64,000 nucleotides of DNA from Cyanidioschyzon merolae (Eukaryota): assembly GCA_000091205.1 (NCBI GenBank), contig AP006498.2, one strand, 5' to 3'. The first letter of the stretch is position 1; every line of letters starts with the position of its first letter. The translations under genes were made by a program, and so were the position numbers. Shown one piece after another: positions 54,078-64,000 of this stretch. Under the pieces are notes generated by a model, which searched no databases, was not told where the DNA came from, and saw nothing but the letters and a program-made list of their open reading frames with translations.

Positions 54078-57000
54078 ATGGACAAATTTTGTTCGAAGCT
54101 TAGCTGCAGTGATGAGGAGAGTGCTCGTCAAAGTTCTGAAGGCCGACCTACGCTAGGCGGTGAAGCTCTGGATTTCGGGGCACCGCCAGCGCTGCCCTTT
54201 CCACCAGACGCGAGTCTGGGACTCTGTCGGCGCTTGGAAATCCATGGAGCCACCTGCTCATGTGTATGTGAAGCCTTTGGTAACATGGGCTCACATCTCG
54301 ATAGCCTCGTGCCACTGAACACTGCTGACGTCTTGGCCAAGGTGCGAAGTGCTGCGAAACGCCTCGCCACTCGTCTGGACGAAACTGCCGATGAAGAGCG
54401 ACTGCGCCAGACCTGTTTATCGCTCTGCGATTTATTTGGAGACGGTATTCATCACGATTTGATCCAGGCTGTGCTTGATGCTGGGGTCGTTCCGCGAGTC
54501 GTGAGGATCCTCGAACCACTAATAGATGATGATGGAAGTGGCTCGGGCACGACGCAAGATGCGGATGGGCATACCTCGGACGCGTTTCATTCGCCAATGC
54601 AACGACAGCGGGACGGAGCCGCGACATCTCGACTGAACGAGGAACGGACTGCGGAGTTGTTAGAGACTCCTGACAGATCTGGAGATTCTCCGGGACCGGA
54701 GATGAGACACAGTAGAGTCACGAGTCGCGATCATGCCAGAGCTAGCTCTGGGCATGCGGCAAGCACCGTACGGAAGCGCAGTCGCAGGAGAGAGGTATCC
54801 TTGGGCTTGCAGTCCGCTGCTTTGCAGGTGATCGGGAACATTGCTTGCGGAGACGACCGTCAAACGCAGGTCATTATTGATTGCCCGAACGCTTTGACGA
54901 TTTTGCGAACGCTGCTAGCCTCTGTGGAGCCATGCATTCAGAAGGAATGCTGCTGGATCATTTCGAACATTACAGAATCCGCGCATCAAGTGCAGGATAT
55001 TGTCAGGGCTGGCATTCTAGAACCGCTTGTGGGCATCTTCTCCGGAGGACACGAATCCTGCGATGAGGATGCTGCATGGGTTCTCTACAACGTCACAGCT
55101 AGTGGCGATCCGGAGCACATACGATATTTGGCGAATATCGGTGGCATCTCTGCTCTGTGCGCTCTGATTCTCTCGCCTGCTGAGCTAGAGGTTGCCTGGA
55201 AGGGCTGTGCAACGGTTGCAGCTGTTGCGTTGCACGCACTGTCGAATATGCTCACCGTTTTACCAAACGAGATGCCGTATCGCATTGCTGCGGAGTACGG
55301 TGTGGAATGTCTGGATCTTCTTGCACATGGAGGTGGCCGCCACATCGAAGATGACGAGAACAGACGTCAAGCACGCGAATTGCTGAGTCGTCATTTCCAG
55401 GGCAAGAGCGTCTCGGAAACCGCCGCTGCTCGAAGAAGAAGTGCAAATGAGACGCCCATGTTAGCATCTCTCGGATCCCAGAGGCCGTCTGCCTCCAAGA
55501 TGGAGGCTTCCGCAAACGACGCCCAGGTGCATCTCGTTGCAAGTGGCACTGCCGGCAAACATGCGCCCCAGATTTGTACGGACGAATCTGTACAAACATC
55601 TACATATATAGATGAAGTGGACTATGCGCAAGCGTGCTCGACCGCGACGACTGGCGGCCTCGTGCAGACAGGTTCCGCGGACGCCGAGCGACTCTGCGAA
55701 TGCTCTGCGTCTGAGGTGACTTTGAAGCAGCTCCCCTATGGCGATATCAGCGATGTCAAGCAGATGCGAAACCTGCGGGCATGTTCGTTCTGCTCTGGTC
55801 TTGAGCCTCGGTATGACGTAGACGCAAGCGACTTTATTGGGTGCACCCGGCGTGACAAGTGCACTGCGCTTATGGCGCGTGCTGTGCGAGTGGATCATAA
55901 TTCGTGCTTGGAGAGCATCATCGATGCTTGGTTGACCATGGACGATGTTGATCTGGTCGTGGAGAGGCTTATTCCAGATGCAGGAAAAATTTATGTTGAG
56001 TATCAAGAATTTGTCAGTCGTATTTGCAATTTCCTGCGAAGCGTGATGATGGAAACCAGCACGCTCTCGTGCGCTGTTCAGATGGTTCCACCTGAGGTCG
56101 GTACTGGCACGCCCGGGACGCAGCCGCCTTGGCCGAGCGAAAGAGCGAGCAGCCTAACTGCTTCGAGGTCCGTCGACTGTGAACAATCGACCCAAGATAG
56201 GAATCGTTGCTCTATCATTACGCTTGCGTCGCAACTGGGAAGAGCGGAATGTCTGCAGACGATCCTAAGTCGCATGCAGCCGCTGCTAGTTCCCGAGTGG
56301 AGGGATTTTCTGTATTCCTCGCTGCTAGCTGGTGCCGCCTACAAGGGTCACTTGAACGTTGTGCAGACGTTGCTCGCGTATTGGTGCAATTCCGTTCAGG
56401 AGAATGGGAGGACGCGTTCCATGAGAGGCTCAGCGAATGAAGGTCACGGTACGCTACCGCTGGAAACGATCGATTTCAATGCCCTGCATCTCGCTGCAGC
56501 AGCTGGACAATATAAGACATGTAGCCTGCTTTTGAAGGGGTTTCCGGAAGCGCTGAACTTGACGAGTTCAATGGGACACACCGCTTTGAGCTTTGCTGCA
56601 CTTTTCGGATACACAGATGTTTGCCGTCTTCTGCTGGAAAAGGGAGCAGATATCTGGTCAATGGACACTTACCAGCGAACAGCACTGCATCTGGCTTGTG
56701 TTCACGGTCGCACGGACACCGTGGCATTACTCGTGGAACACGCCAGAAAAGTTCTTGCGGATCAGGATCGAGACGCTTTCACGAAGTGGCTGAACGCCCG
56801 CACGACGACCGGCATAACCGCACTACACTACAGTATACAAAGTCGGGTGCTGGCGTGTGTAGAGCTCCTGGTGACGAACGGTGCTTGCATCAAGGATCGA
56901 TTACCGAATTCAGGGCCGAATCCGCTGCTGGTACTTGCAGCGGATGCGGATTCTCTGGAAATCGTGCAGTTTCTGCTGGAGGCTGGGGCCCCGGTGCGAT

Positions 57001-60000
57001 CCGTCGTACCGCTGAGGATTCGGATTGGTGACACAAGCGACACGCTCTCGCTTTCGTCCCCAGAAGATAGTTTGCACGCCGAAATTGAGGATTTTTTCAC
57101 GCCGCTGCATGTTGCAGCGAACAAAGGTAGCTTGCAGCTAGTGCAGATGCTCCTGGAATCCGGCGCTGATGTCAATGTTCGCGGTGTCACCGGTTGGTCT
57201 GCGCTTGATCTAGCGGTGCTGAACGGTTTCGATGCGGTTGCGAGCTTGCTGCTCTCAAAGGGCGCCATCGTGGATCCCCATCTGAAGATTATTCCAAGCG
57301 GAATCGTCGGGCAAATGCCCAGTGCCAAGACGCTGGTCCAGATTGCTGCAATGAACCACCGCAAGGATTTGGTGCGGATGTTAGTCGAGCGCCTCCGCGT
57401 TCAGAGCCTTAACAGTGAGTCGGCGAATGCTGGAGTCTCGAGCGCATGTCTCGTCTCTGCGTCTCCAGCTGGTGGTGCTGACGTCTCCACGACATGCAGT
57501 GTCGAGGGACCCGATACCGGCCAACATGGTGCCGGCGAGTCTGTCGGCGCTCTTGATGCTCCAAACGATCGAGGAAGCGCTTCAGTGGATGTAAGCGAGT
57601 CCACCGGTTCCAAGAAGCGCCAAGAATCAGATAAGGACTCGCAGCGAAATCGGGAGCTGCGACGACGGGAACTGGAGGCGAACGATGCGCGAGAGCGCTT
57701 GCGAGATGCCATCCAGACGCGCTCTTTAACGAAACTGCAGGATGCTATCGGGATTGCAAACCGGGTGATACTGCAGCTGGCCGCTAGTTACGTCAAATCC
57801 GGCTCCGCCAAACTGGTTGGTCCGGAGATTGGGCTCGGAGCTGAGGTGGAGCGAGCGCGTCGTGTGCTCGCTGCTCTTCAAGAGCAGCAGCAGCGCGTTG
57901 CCGCGGACCGAGAGCGCCTCGCGTTGGAGGCCCGTCAGGATGCCGCACACCGCAAACTGTTAGAGTCCATCGCGTCCTTCTTTTCTTCCAGCGATGTTCG
58001 CGTATTTGACAAAGCGATTCGGCGGGCATCCAAAGCGGGGCTTGACCCCTCTGATAGCGTGATGCAAAGTGTCACGGAGCTGCGCTCTCGCTGGACTGAA
58101 ATGCAAGATGCTGCTCGAGGATTGGATGATTATCTCAACGATGAACATCGGCTCGGAGAGGACGCAGCGACCGTGGTACGTGGATTGGAGGGCATCATTT
58201 CGAAAGCAGAGCATGCATTAGAGCGTTTTTCCGCGTTCAGCCCCGAGGCGGCGAAATGCAGCGCTGCGGAGCGGGTCCGGGATAGTATCAGGCGAGCGAA
58301 GGAGCGAGCGAATGAAGTTCAGAAACTAGTCGAAGAGAAAGCTCGCTTATTCGCGGTTGAGGAAGCCAAATGCCGAGAAATATGCGAACGCCTTGATCAA
58401 ATATGCGCAGTATTGCGGCAGGGACGCTCGCTCGTTGATGCGCCCTCGTCGCTCACAGAGGCGGAAAACGCTATCGAGTTGTTTGCTGTGCAGGTTACCA
58501 AGTCGCTGCAGGATTCGACGCTGCAACTGCGGGCTGAGGAGCATTTGGAGCAGGCTCGTCGGGCGCTGCAGAAAATCGTTCGAAACGAGCGCAAGAGGTT
58601 GCGCTCAGTTGCTACGCTGGAGGATATTACGGCAATCGATGAGCTGATCGATTCAGTGCGGCAACTTGGACTCAAGGCACTAAGTGCGGACCTCTCGAGC
58701 GCCATGGAAGTTCGAGAGCGCAGAATCCTGCAGAGGGAAGCGCTCGCTGACTGGGAGGAGGTTGAAGCTCGGCGCTCGTCGGCGCTGGAGCTTGACGAAG
58801 TGTTGGCACTGCAATCGCGCCTAGAGCAGTTGGGCCTCATCGAGGCTGCTGAGAAGGCACGTCAGCTGGCGGACCACCTTGCTCGAGAGCAGCGTGCGGC
58901 ACAAACGCTGAAGACAGCGACGGATGAAGCTCGCGAAGCGCTGTCCTCTTACGCAGAGGTTGACGCAGACTCGTGCCTTCAGCAGCTTTTGAGCCGAGCT
59001 GGAGACTCGCTGGATCGCGCAAGTCTGGAGAAACTTCGTCGGCTGCGCGTCGCCATCGAACGGGCAAGAAAGTTTGACAGCTTAGCGGAGATCGTCCATG
59101 AGGCACAGCACGTGTACGAAGCTTTCCTTGAGATCCAACGGGAGCGACTGCAGCGTATCTGTAACTGTTTGCGGGCTGTACCTTTGGAGGATGTTCCTAG
59201 CTTGGTTCAGCTCAAAACAGCACTGTGTCATGATAACAGTGAAAAATCCGAGTCCGATACTGGCGTTACTCGTGATGAAGCCCGTTGCCTTGTAGCCGCG
59301 CAAGTGCTGCGAGAGATTTCTGATCGAGTGCAAGTGCTCATGAACGTCTACGCGAACGCGCTGAACGTTGACCCGGAGAATGCCGAAAACAGCTCTCGGG
59401 GGCCTTACTCTGTGATACCGTCAGCGCTGGTAGATTTGAGGTCCTGGCTGGAGAAAGCGACGTGTCGCTGTACTGAGCTTCACGAGGCTGCCCGCCAGCT
59501 GCAAGAGTCTCGCGCCACCGAGTCGCTTATGGTAGAATCGAACGCGGATGGTGCTTCGGAGAAGGCGCGGAGCCAAACACCAGAGGTAGTGGATGTTACA
59601 AGCAAGCTAGCATCCCCGTTGGAACTGGGTTCATCGGTACCTTCAGAGATGCCTTCGTCGGGCGAGCGAAGCGTATCATCGCAACGTCGCTCCGGTCGAA
59701 GAGCTCGAAACCGACGAGGCAGCGCTTCTGCAGTACCTGCAGCCTCCGAGTCCCGCGAAGCTGCGTCTTACATAGAGAGCGGCGCGGAGCGCATGACCGC
59801 GTCGACGACTGTCGACAGCCATGCGGAAGACAATCAGGCACGACGCAGTACCAAGGGGAAGAGTCTCTCCGAGAAGAAGAAGGGCGGCAAGGCAGGTAGA
59901 TCTGCGGACAGTGGAATCGTATTGACGGACGCTGGAGCGGACGAAACAGAGAGTGTGCAGCGGAAAGCGGGAAGCGCCGATCCTGTGGCAGAAGAAGTAA

Positions 60001-61298
60001 GTCGACGCGCAACGCCGAGTCTGGAGACGACGCATCGGAAACGACAAACAGCGAAACGTGCGGAAACGGGTGAGTCAGCGGGTACCGGCAAGCAGGAGAC
60101 GAGGCCATCCGAGGGATCCGGCATCCGCGAGTCAGGCGAACTGGTCGCACCGGAGGCTGGATGCCCTCACTATTACATCTGGACCAAGTCGAACATTGTT
60201 GTCTGCGGCAAATGTGGCGACGTGAGGATCTCACATAATCAGAACTGGCTCGAGCGCGTGAAGAAACGGACGCAGAAGAAGAAGGATCAGGTGCCGGCAG
60301 AGTTTCTGGAGGCTGTGGAAAGCGCATTGCTCGCACGCCGGCGCCGGTCTACCTCCCGGAGTGATACGAATCGAGCACCTGGCGACGAGCAGACTGCTGC
60401 TCTCCAAAATGACGACTCGTACGATAGTGTGCCGTACACTGGCCCAGCGACAAGCACAGGTGATGACTCGCGAGCGAGCGATCCGCATCAAGACCGCTAT
60501 CCACGGCCAACGAGCAGTATGTTCTGGACGACTCCAGCAGCGTTTCCGATCGGGGAAATGAGTTTTGTTGCGAGACCTAGCGTCATGGAGCGTTCACCAT
60601 CGAGCTTCCAGATGCGGCAGGCGCGTCTCGGGTATGCAGCGCCCGCAGAGTCCCTGGAGATGAGTTCGCGTCCAGGTACGCCTGCTCGTCCCGTATCGCC
60701 ATTTGTGAATGCGTTTCCCTCGCCAGGTCGAAATGTGGTCGATGGACGTGCCAACACGCCGCTCTACGCAGACATGATCCTAGGCATGCCAGATACGCGC
60801 TTGAGTGTCGCAGCGAACGGTGCAGCGCGCTCGCCCTGCGTAACCTTGTATCGAGAAGCCCGAGCGGCAGCTGCCACTCCTATGGGGCGGTATCCACCAA
60901 GTCTCGGGGGCGACGTTTGCGATGCAAACGCTGGTGTCTGGTTGCAACCGGGCCTGGTGGCCGGAGCGACAACTCAGGTACCGTTTCCGAATAGTATTCA
61001 CGGAAGTGGCCAAGCTGCGGAGCCGTCCCTGGACCCCGTGGCTCATGGGCACCCTCTGCGCGACGAGCGCGGCCACCTTTTTGGGATGACTGATGTCTTC
61101 CATGGACATGGCGTGCTGAATGGAGTCGACGACGCCCTGCTATCGTCTTCACCTGTTGGTGTTGGGGACTCGGAGTTTGCGAGTCAGAATTTCGGCTTTA
61201 ACATAGATGCTATCGTGGATGAGAATCCACAACCTCGGACAACTTCGAAAGACAAACTGGCAGTAGAAAGCGATTCTTCTCAGTATAGGATCTTTTAA
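54078..61298 (+). CDS. giant (2406 aa) armadillo-repeat plus ankyrin-repeat plus coiled-coil protein with a Ser/Ala-rich tail
   Basis: N-terminal importin-alpha-like ARM repeats (QAVLDAGVVPRVVRIL; ALQVIGNIACGDDRQTQVIIDCPNALTILRTLL; CCWIISNITESAHQVQDIVRAGILEPLV). At least five ANK repeats (TALSFAALFGYTDVCRLLLEKGADI; TALHLACVHGRTDTVALLVEHA; TPLHVAANKGSLQLVQMLLESGADVN; SALDLAVLNGFDAVASLLLSKGA). A long heptad-rich central region (residues about 1150-1800). ATG confirmed at 54078; uninterrupted 7.2 kb ORF. Confidence 0.8.
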   Translation: MDKFCSKLSCSDEESARQSSEGRPTLGGEALDFGAPPALPFPPDASLGLCRRLEIHGATCSCVCEAFGNMGSHLDSLVPLNTADVLAKVRSAAKRLATRLDETADEERLRQTCLSLCDLFGDGIHHDLIQAVLDAGVVPRVVRILEPLIDDDGSGSGTTQDADGHTSDAFHSPMQRQRDGAATSRLNEERTAELLETPDRSGDSPGPEMRHSRVTSRDHARASSGHAASTVRKRSRRREVSLGLQSAALQVIGNIACGDDRQTQVIIDCPNALTILRTLLASVEPCIQKECCWIISNITESAHQVQDIVRAGILEPLVGIFSGGHESCDEDAAWVLYNVTASGDPEHIRYLANIGGISALCALILSPAELEVAWKGCATVAAVALHALSNMLTVLPNEMPYRIAAEYGVECLDLLAHGGGRHIEDDENRRQARELLSRHFQGKSVSETAAARRRSANETPMLASLGSQRPSASKMEASANDAQVHLVASGTAGKHAPQICTDESVQTSTYIDEVDYAQACSTATTGGLVQTGSADAERLCECSASEVTLKQLPYGDISDVKQMRNLRACSFCSGLEPRYDVDASDFIGCTRRDKCTALMARAVRVDHNSCLESIIDAWLTMDDVDLVVERLIPDAGKIYVEYQEFVSRICNFLRSVMMETSTLSCAVQMVPPEVGTGTPGTQPPWPSERASSLTASRSVDCEQSTQDRNRCSIITLASQLGRAECLQTILSRMQPLLVPEWRDFLYSSLLAGAAYKGHLNVVQTLLAYWCNSVQENGRTRSMRGSANEGHGTLPLETIDFNALHLAAAAGQYKTCSLLLKGFPEALNLTSSMGHTALSFAALFGYTDVCRLLLEKGADIWSMDTYQRTALHLACVHGRTDTVALLVEHARKVLADQDRDAFTKWLNARTTTGITALHYSIQSRVLACVELLVTNGACIKDRLPNSGPNPLLVLAADADSLEIVQFLLEAGAPVRSVVPLRIRIGDTSDTLSLSSPEDSLHAEIEDFFTPLHVAANKGSLQLVQMLLESGADVNVRGVTGWSALDLAVLNGFDAVASLLLSKGAIVDPHLKIIPSGIVGQMPSAKTLVQIAAMNHRKDLVRMLVERLRVQSLNSESANAGVSSACLVSASPAGGADVSTTCSVEGPDTGQHGAGESVGALDAPNDRGSASVDVSESTGSKKRQESDKDSQRNRELRRRELEANDARERLRDAIQTRSLTKLQDAIGIANRVILQLAASYVKSGSAKLVGPEIGLGAEVERARRVLAALQEQQQRVAADRERLALEARQDAAHRKLLESIASFFSSSDVRVFDKAIRRASKAGLDPSDSVMQSVTELRSRWTEMQDAARGLDDYLNDEHRLGEDAATVVRGLEGIISKAEHALERFSAFSPEAAKCSAAERVRDSIRRAKERANEVQKLVEEKARLFAVEEAKCREICERLDQICAVLRQGRSLVDAPSSLTEAENAIELFAVQVTKSLQDSTLQLRAEEHLEQARRALQKIVRNERKRLRSVATLEDITAIDELIDSVRQLGLKALSADLSSAMEVRERRILQREALADWEEVEARRSSALELDEVLALQSRLEQLGLIEAAEKARQLADHLAREQRAAQTLKTATDEAREALSSYAEVDADSCLQQLLSRAGDSLDRASLEKLRRLRVAIERARKFDSLAEIVHEAQHVYEAFLEIQRERLQRICNCLRAVPLEDVPSLVQLKTALCHDNSEKSESDTGVTRDEARCLVAAQVLREISDRVQVLMNVYANALNVDPENAENSSRGPYSVIPSALVDLRSWLEKATCRCTELHEAARQLQESRATESLMVESNADGASEKARSQTPEVVDVTSKLASPLELGSSVPSEMPSSGERSVSSQRRSGRRARNRRGSASAVPAASESREAASYIESGAERMTASTTVDSHAEDNQARRSTKGKSLSEKKKGGKAGRSADSGIVLTDAGADETESVQRKAGSADPVAEEVSRRATPSLETTHRKRQTAKRAETGESAGTGKQETRPSEGSGIRESGELVAPEAGCPHYYIWTKSNIVVCGKCGDVRISHNQNWLERVKKRTQKKKDQVPAEFLEAVESALLARRRRSTSRSDTNRAPGDEQTAALQNDDSYDSVPYTGPATSTGDDSRASDPHQDRYPRPTSSMFWTTPAAFPIGEMSFVARPSVMERSPSSFQMRQARLGYAAPAESLEMSSRPGTPARPVSPFVNAFPSPGRNVVDGRANTPLYADMILGMPDTRLSVAANGAARSPCVTLYREARAAAATPMGRYPPSLGGDVCDANAGVWLQPGLVAGATTQVPFPNSIHGSGQAAEPSLDPVAHGHPLRDERGHLFGMTDVFHGHGVLNGVDDALLSSSPVGVGDSEFASQNFGFNIDAIVDENPQPRTTSKDKLAVESDSSQYRIF

Positions 61299-61633
61299 AC
61301 GCTGCTGATCGTGCTTTTTACCTTGCGGCATCGCTCCCGTTACAGGGTGTTCCTGAGTCGACGCACATCGCACGAGGTACTCGCCCGGTTCGCGAGTTGA
61401 GACTCGGGAAACGGGGTGCGCGCATCCTCACCTATTCCATAAAAAAGATGCCCAGTCCGCGGAAGGTTGTCTGTTGCACCTGTGATCCTTCTTCGTTTCT
61501 CCGTGGACTGCTTGCGGTGAGGTTGCGACGGCGTCAAGCACAAGTCAGCGTAGTGCGAGAGCGTCTCGGGCCAGCGACAAGTGCGAAATCCGATCTCTAT
61601 CCAGATATGATTTCGCTATACATCCTGTGTGCA

Positions 61634-63448
61634 TTAAACTTCTAAAATTTTCACGTGATCGAGGATTCTAGCCTCGCGGCTTCCCGGGACCACTCTGCCT
61701 ACAATCCATGCCGGCCAGTGATCGTCTACCGTGGCCAGTTTTTCGCAAAACTGCCGGGCGACGACTTGGCTGCTCCGCTCTGTGCTGGATGCACCGAAGC
61801 AAATGAGTAGACCGCCGCTGGTCTCCGCAGAGAAGCCCTCCAGAAGTCGGAACATTTTTCCACCTTGCAATGCACGATCTGCGCTCGTCATACCCCGAAT
61901 GATCGGAAGTACATCAATCTCCATGTCCACGGGAGCTTTCTGGTTTCGCGCTAGATTTTGGGCGTGCCCCAGAATCCCGAAACCGGTTATGTCAGTGACG
62001 GCGTGCGCAGCACCACTTTCTAAAAGCAGCTGGGCAGCTCTTGCGTTGAGATGGGCCATACTAAGACAAGCCACATCGTAGGCACGACAGATATCCGCTG
62101 GGGTCAGCACTTGTTCGATTTTCGAGTAGTGGACGCGCGCTTGGCGACCTTGAGCGAGCGTCTTGCGGGCAGCGGGTGGTAGTTGTTCGAGAATGCTGCT
62201 CGACAACGCTCGAGACAAACGAGCATCATGAGTTGTATGTGCAGGACCCGGTCCCGGGATGTCGCGAGCATGCGTTTCCTCTGAAGGCGGCACGAACTGC
62301 CCATGAACGCTTCGACGGGTGTCTTCGGGGCCATACTCCTGCTGCTGTGTGGTCTCTAGACTCTCCAGAAGATGCAAGTAGTGAGCATCCTCCATTTGTC
62401 CGAGCCACTGGTAGAGATTGATGGCTACCTGCGTTCCGAGGGGTTTCGTAAGCACAATGGTGTCGCCCGGCTGCGCTGCATCCGGCATTAGAAACTCGCC
62501 TCGAGGGAGGACGACTTCGGCAACACCTCCGATGAGCGGCCACGGATTCAGCGTCGTCTGACCTCCTGTGACTTGAGTACCAGCCTCGTGGCAGGCATCA
62601 ATGAATCCCGCCATCATGGTCTGTGTTACGCCAGCTCGAAGCGCTGGAGGCTCAATCTCTGTTGCCGCACACACGAGCATCAGCATGGTACTCGGTGGTG
62701 TTCGGATACCCAGAGCGTACGCATCGGACAGCACATTCGCGGCTGCAATGCGTCCCATGAGATACGGATCTTCAACCAGTGGGAAAAAGAAGTCCGTAGT
62801 GCTGATCAGATATAGCGGCTGGGTGCCGAAGGAGGGCGCATTCTCGGCGTCTTTCTCCGTGCTCTGTTGTCTGCTGGAGAGCTGGGTCAAGCGTACCACG
62901 GAGGCGTCCATGCCAACCCCGAGTTCCACGGAGACGTCTCCTGGCGTGCTCGACTCTGTGTTGCTTGTACTCATCAAGCCGCCAGGTCTGGAAAAGCTCT
63001 TCATTGGTGAACGCAAGAGGTTCTTGGTTGCGGTCATCCACTCGAGCAACTCACTTTGAGGAACCTTGCAACCACAGCCCTTAAGTGTAGAATACCGCGT
63101 AAGGCGGAAGCGCAGCGTCTGCAGGTCCAGTACCTGATCAGCGGCCTTCTGCTTTGCAGCATATTGAGTCACTCGCTCGAACCAATCCTCTGCTCGGCGT
63201 CGGACGTGCTCATCAGCGCGCTGAAGCGTTGGCAGACCCGTTTCGTGGAGCTTGCGAAAAGCCTTTTCGCTGTGCTCCTCAAGACTGAGCGGCAGCCTCT
63301 CCTGGTCCTTCAACGGCGGCGGAAAGTACTCCCTGAGTGCTTCATAGTCACAGGGATCGAACTCACTCGGACGCGGCACCTTTTCTAACAGGGAGTCCAG
63401 CGACATTTGCACAGCGCATATGAAGTCAGCGTGGAACTGGGAATCCAT
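61634..63448 (-). CDS. SEPHS: selenophosphate synthetase (selenide, water dikinase; SelD/SPS family), Cys-type, with low-complexity insertions and an N-terminal extension
   Basis: FRLTRYSTLKGCGCKVPQSELLEWM matches SPS FRLTRFTELKG[T/U]GCKVPQ, with Cys at the Sec/Cys catalytic position. AIR-synthase-like blocks are MGRIAAANVLSDAYALG, GGQTTLNPWPLIGGVAEVV, GDTIVLTKPLGTQVA and HAVTDITGFGILGHAQNLA. The ORF-track start at 63526 is TTG; the first ATG is 63448, with another candidate at 63406. Confidence 0.8.
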   Translation of the reverse strand: MDSQFHADFICAVQMSLDSLLEKVPRPSEFDPCDYEALREYFPPPLKDQERLPLSLEEHSEKAFRKLHETGLPTLQRADEHVRRRAEDWFERVTQYAAKQKAADQVLDLQTLRFRLTRYSTLKGCGCKVPQSELLEWMTATKNLLRSPMKSFSRPGGLMSTSNTESSTPGDVSVELGVGMDASVVRLTQLSSRQQSTEKDAENAPSFGTQPLYLISTTDFFFPLVEDPYLMGRIAAANVLSDAYALGIRTPPSTMLMLVCAATEIEPPALRAGVTQTMMAGFIDACHEAGTQVTGGQTTLNPWPLIGGVAEVVLPRGEFLMPDAAQPGDTIVLTKPLGTQVAINLYQWLGQMEDAHYLHLLESLETTQQQEYGPEDTRRSVHGQFVPPSEETHARDIPGPGPAHTTHDARLSRALSSSILEQLPPAARKTLAQGRQARVHYSKIEQVLTPADICRAYDVACLSMAHLNARAAQLLLESGAAHAVTDITGFGILGHAQNLARNQKAPVDMEIDVLPIIRGMTSADRALQGGKMFRLLEGFSAETSGGLLICFGASSTERSSQVVARQFCEKLATVDDHWPAWIVGRVVPGSREARILDHVKILEV

Positions 63449-64000
63449 ATGCACAGTGCGTTTAGCGACACGTTCGGCGATGCGGTAATCAGTACGTATT
63501 TTGGTGCTGCTGCGACAAGTACTCAAGCAGGACTCTCTTACCTACAGCAGGGCAGGTGCAAAACTGGATATTCATTTCGCAGCGTGTGATCTGTCTAAAG
63601 AAGATTGCAAAGTCTGTATGCAGTGAACAAGTACTTGCACAGAGGGCTGGAAACTAGCGAACTCAAAAAGCGTACTGTATTGGGTACAGAGCCGAGACGC
63701 GCGCTGACAACAAAAACAGCACGAGGCGCCTATTTTGCACGATCCGCGCTACGTACCTCTCCAGCGTAGCTGTGTTCGGTCTGGATTGAATCCTGGGCTT
63801 TCACGAACAGGTGTTTGCTGAGTGTCAGCAAAACAGGTGTCCCGGCAACGGCTGTATGGAGAGGTGTTTCCAGGGGGAGCTGCCCTCTCTGGGTCGAGAC
63901 GGATAGCAGACTGCACTGGCAGCAGACGATTCAAGGAAACCGCTGATAACCTGTGGAGCGCGGTTGTGGTCAAAAGGCGATGGGATTTTTAGGACAAGCA

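Noticed and set aside
63740-63800. tRNA-like T-loop (ggattgaatcc)
   Set aside because: No acceptor, D or anticodon stems can be drawn around it, so this is a chance similarity. No convincing tRNA or rRNA genes were found by eye anywhere in the window.

Overview
This window reads as eukaryotic nuclear DNA, not prokaryotic. GC is about 55%, long uninterrupted ORFs (2406, 1645 and 756 aa) sit among TE-rich intergenic space, and the genes are typical eukaryotic housekeeping genes. These include ribosomal proteins eL31 and uL1/L10a, UBE2C-like and UEV/MMS2-like ubiquitin enzymes, an FCP1-like CTD phosphatase, an NSE2/MMS21 SP-RING ligase, a MED18-like protein, a TTC1-like TPR protein, an Fpg/Nei glycosylase and a Cys-type selenophosphate synthetase. 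A nuclear gene for a CpcC-type phycobilisome rod linker, with an N-terminal Ser-rich presequence beginning MIGFVGS, points to a red alga (or possibly a glaucophyte) with an intron-poor genome. Most genes are single-exon, but the Fpg gene appears to need one short intron or a +1 frameshift. The most unusual content is a family of dispersed elements carrying degenerate TnpB/Fanzor-like (OrfB_IS605-type RuvC plus zinc-ribbon) coding remnants. There are at least seven copies or fragments, and every one lies in the same orientation. Two copies are about 99.8% identical and flank a 6.5 kb gene-bearing segment, which looks like a composite transposon. A conserved noncoding module of roughly 190 bp lies at one end of the short elements. 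The window also holds three Tc1/mariner (IS630-like) transposase relics, a second roughly 650 bp repeat family (R2) of unknown type, several small tandem duplications, and a DHQS-like sugar-phosphate cyclase whose active-site substitutions suggest a sedoheptulose-7-phosphate cyclase (EEVS/DDGS-like) rather than shikimate AroB. All coordinates for repeats are approximate. Start codons were checked by eye, and several ORF-track starts turned out to be non-ATG.
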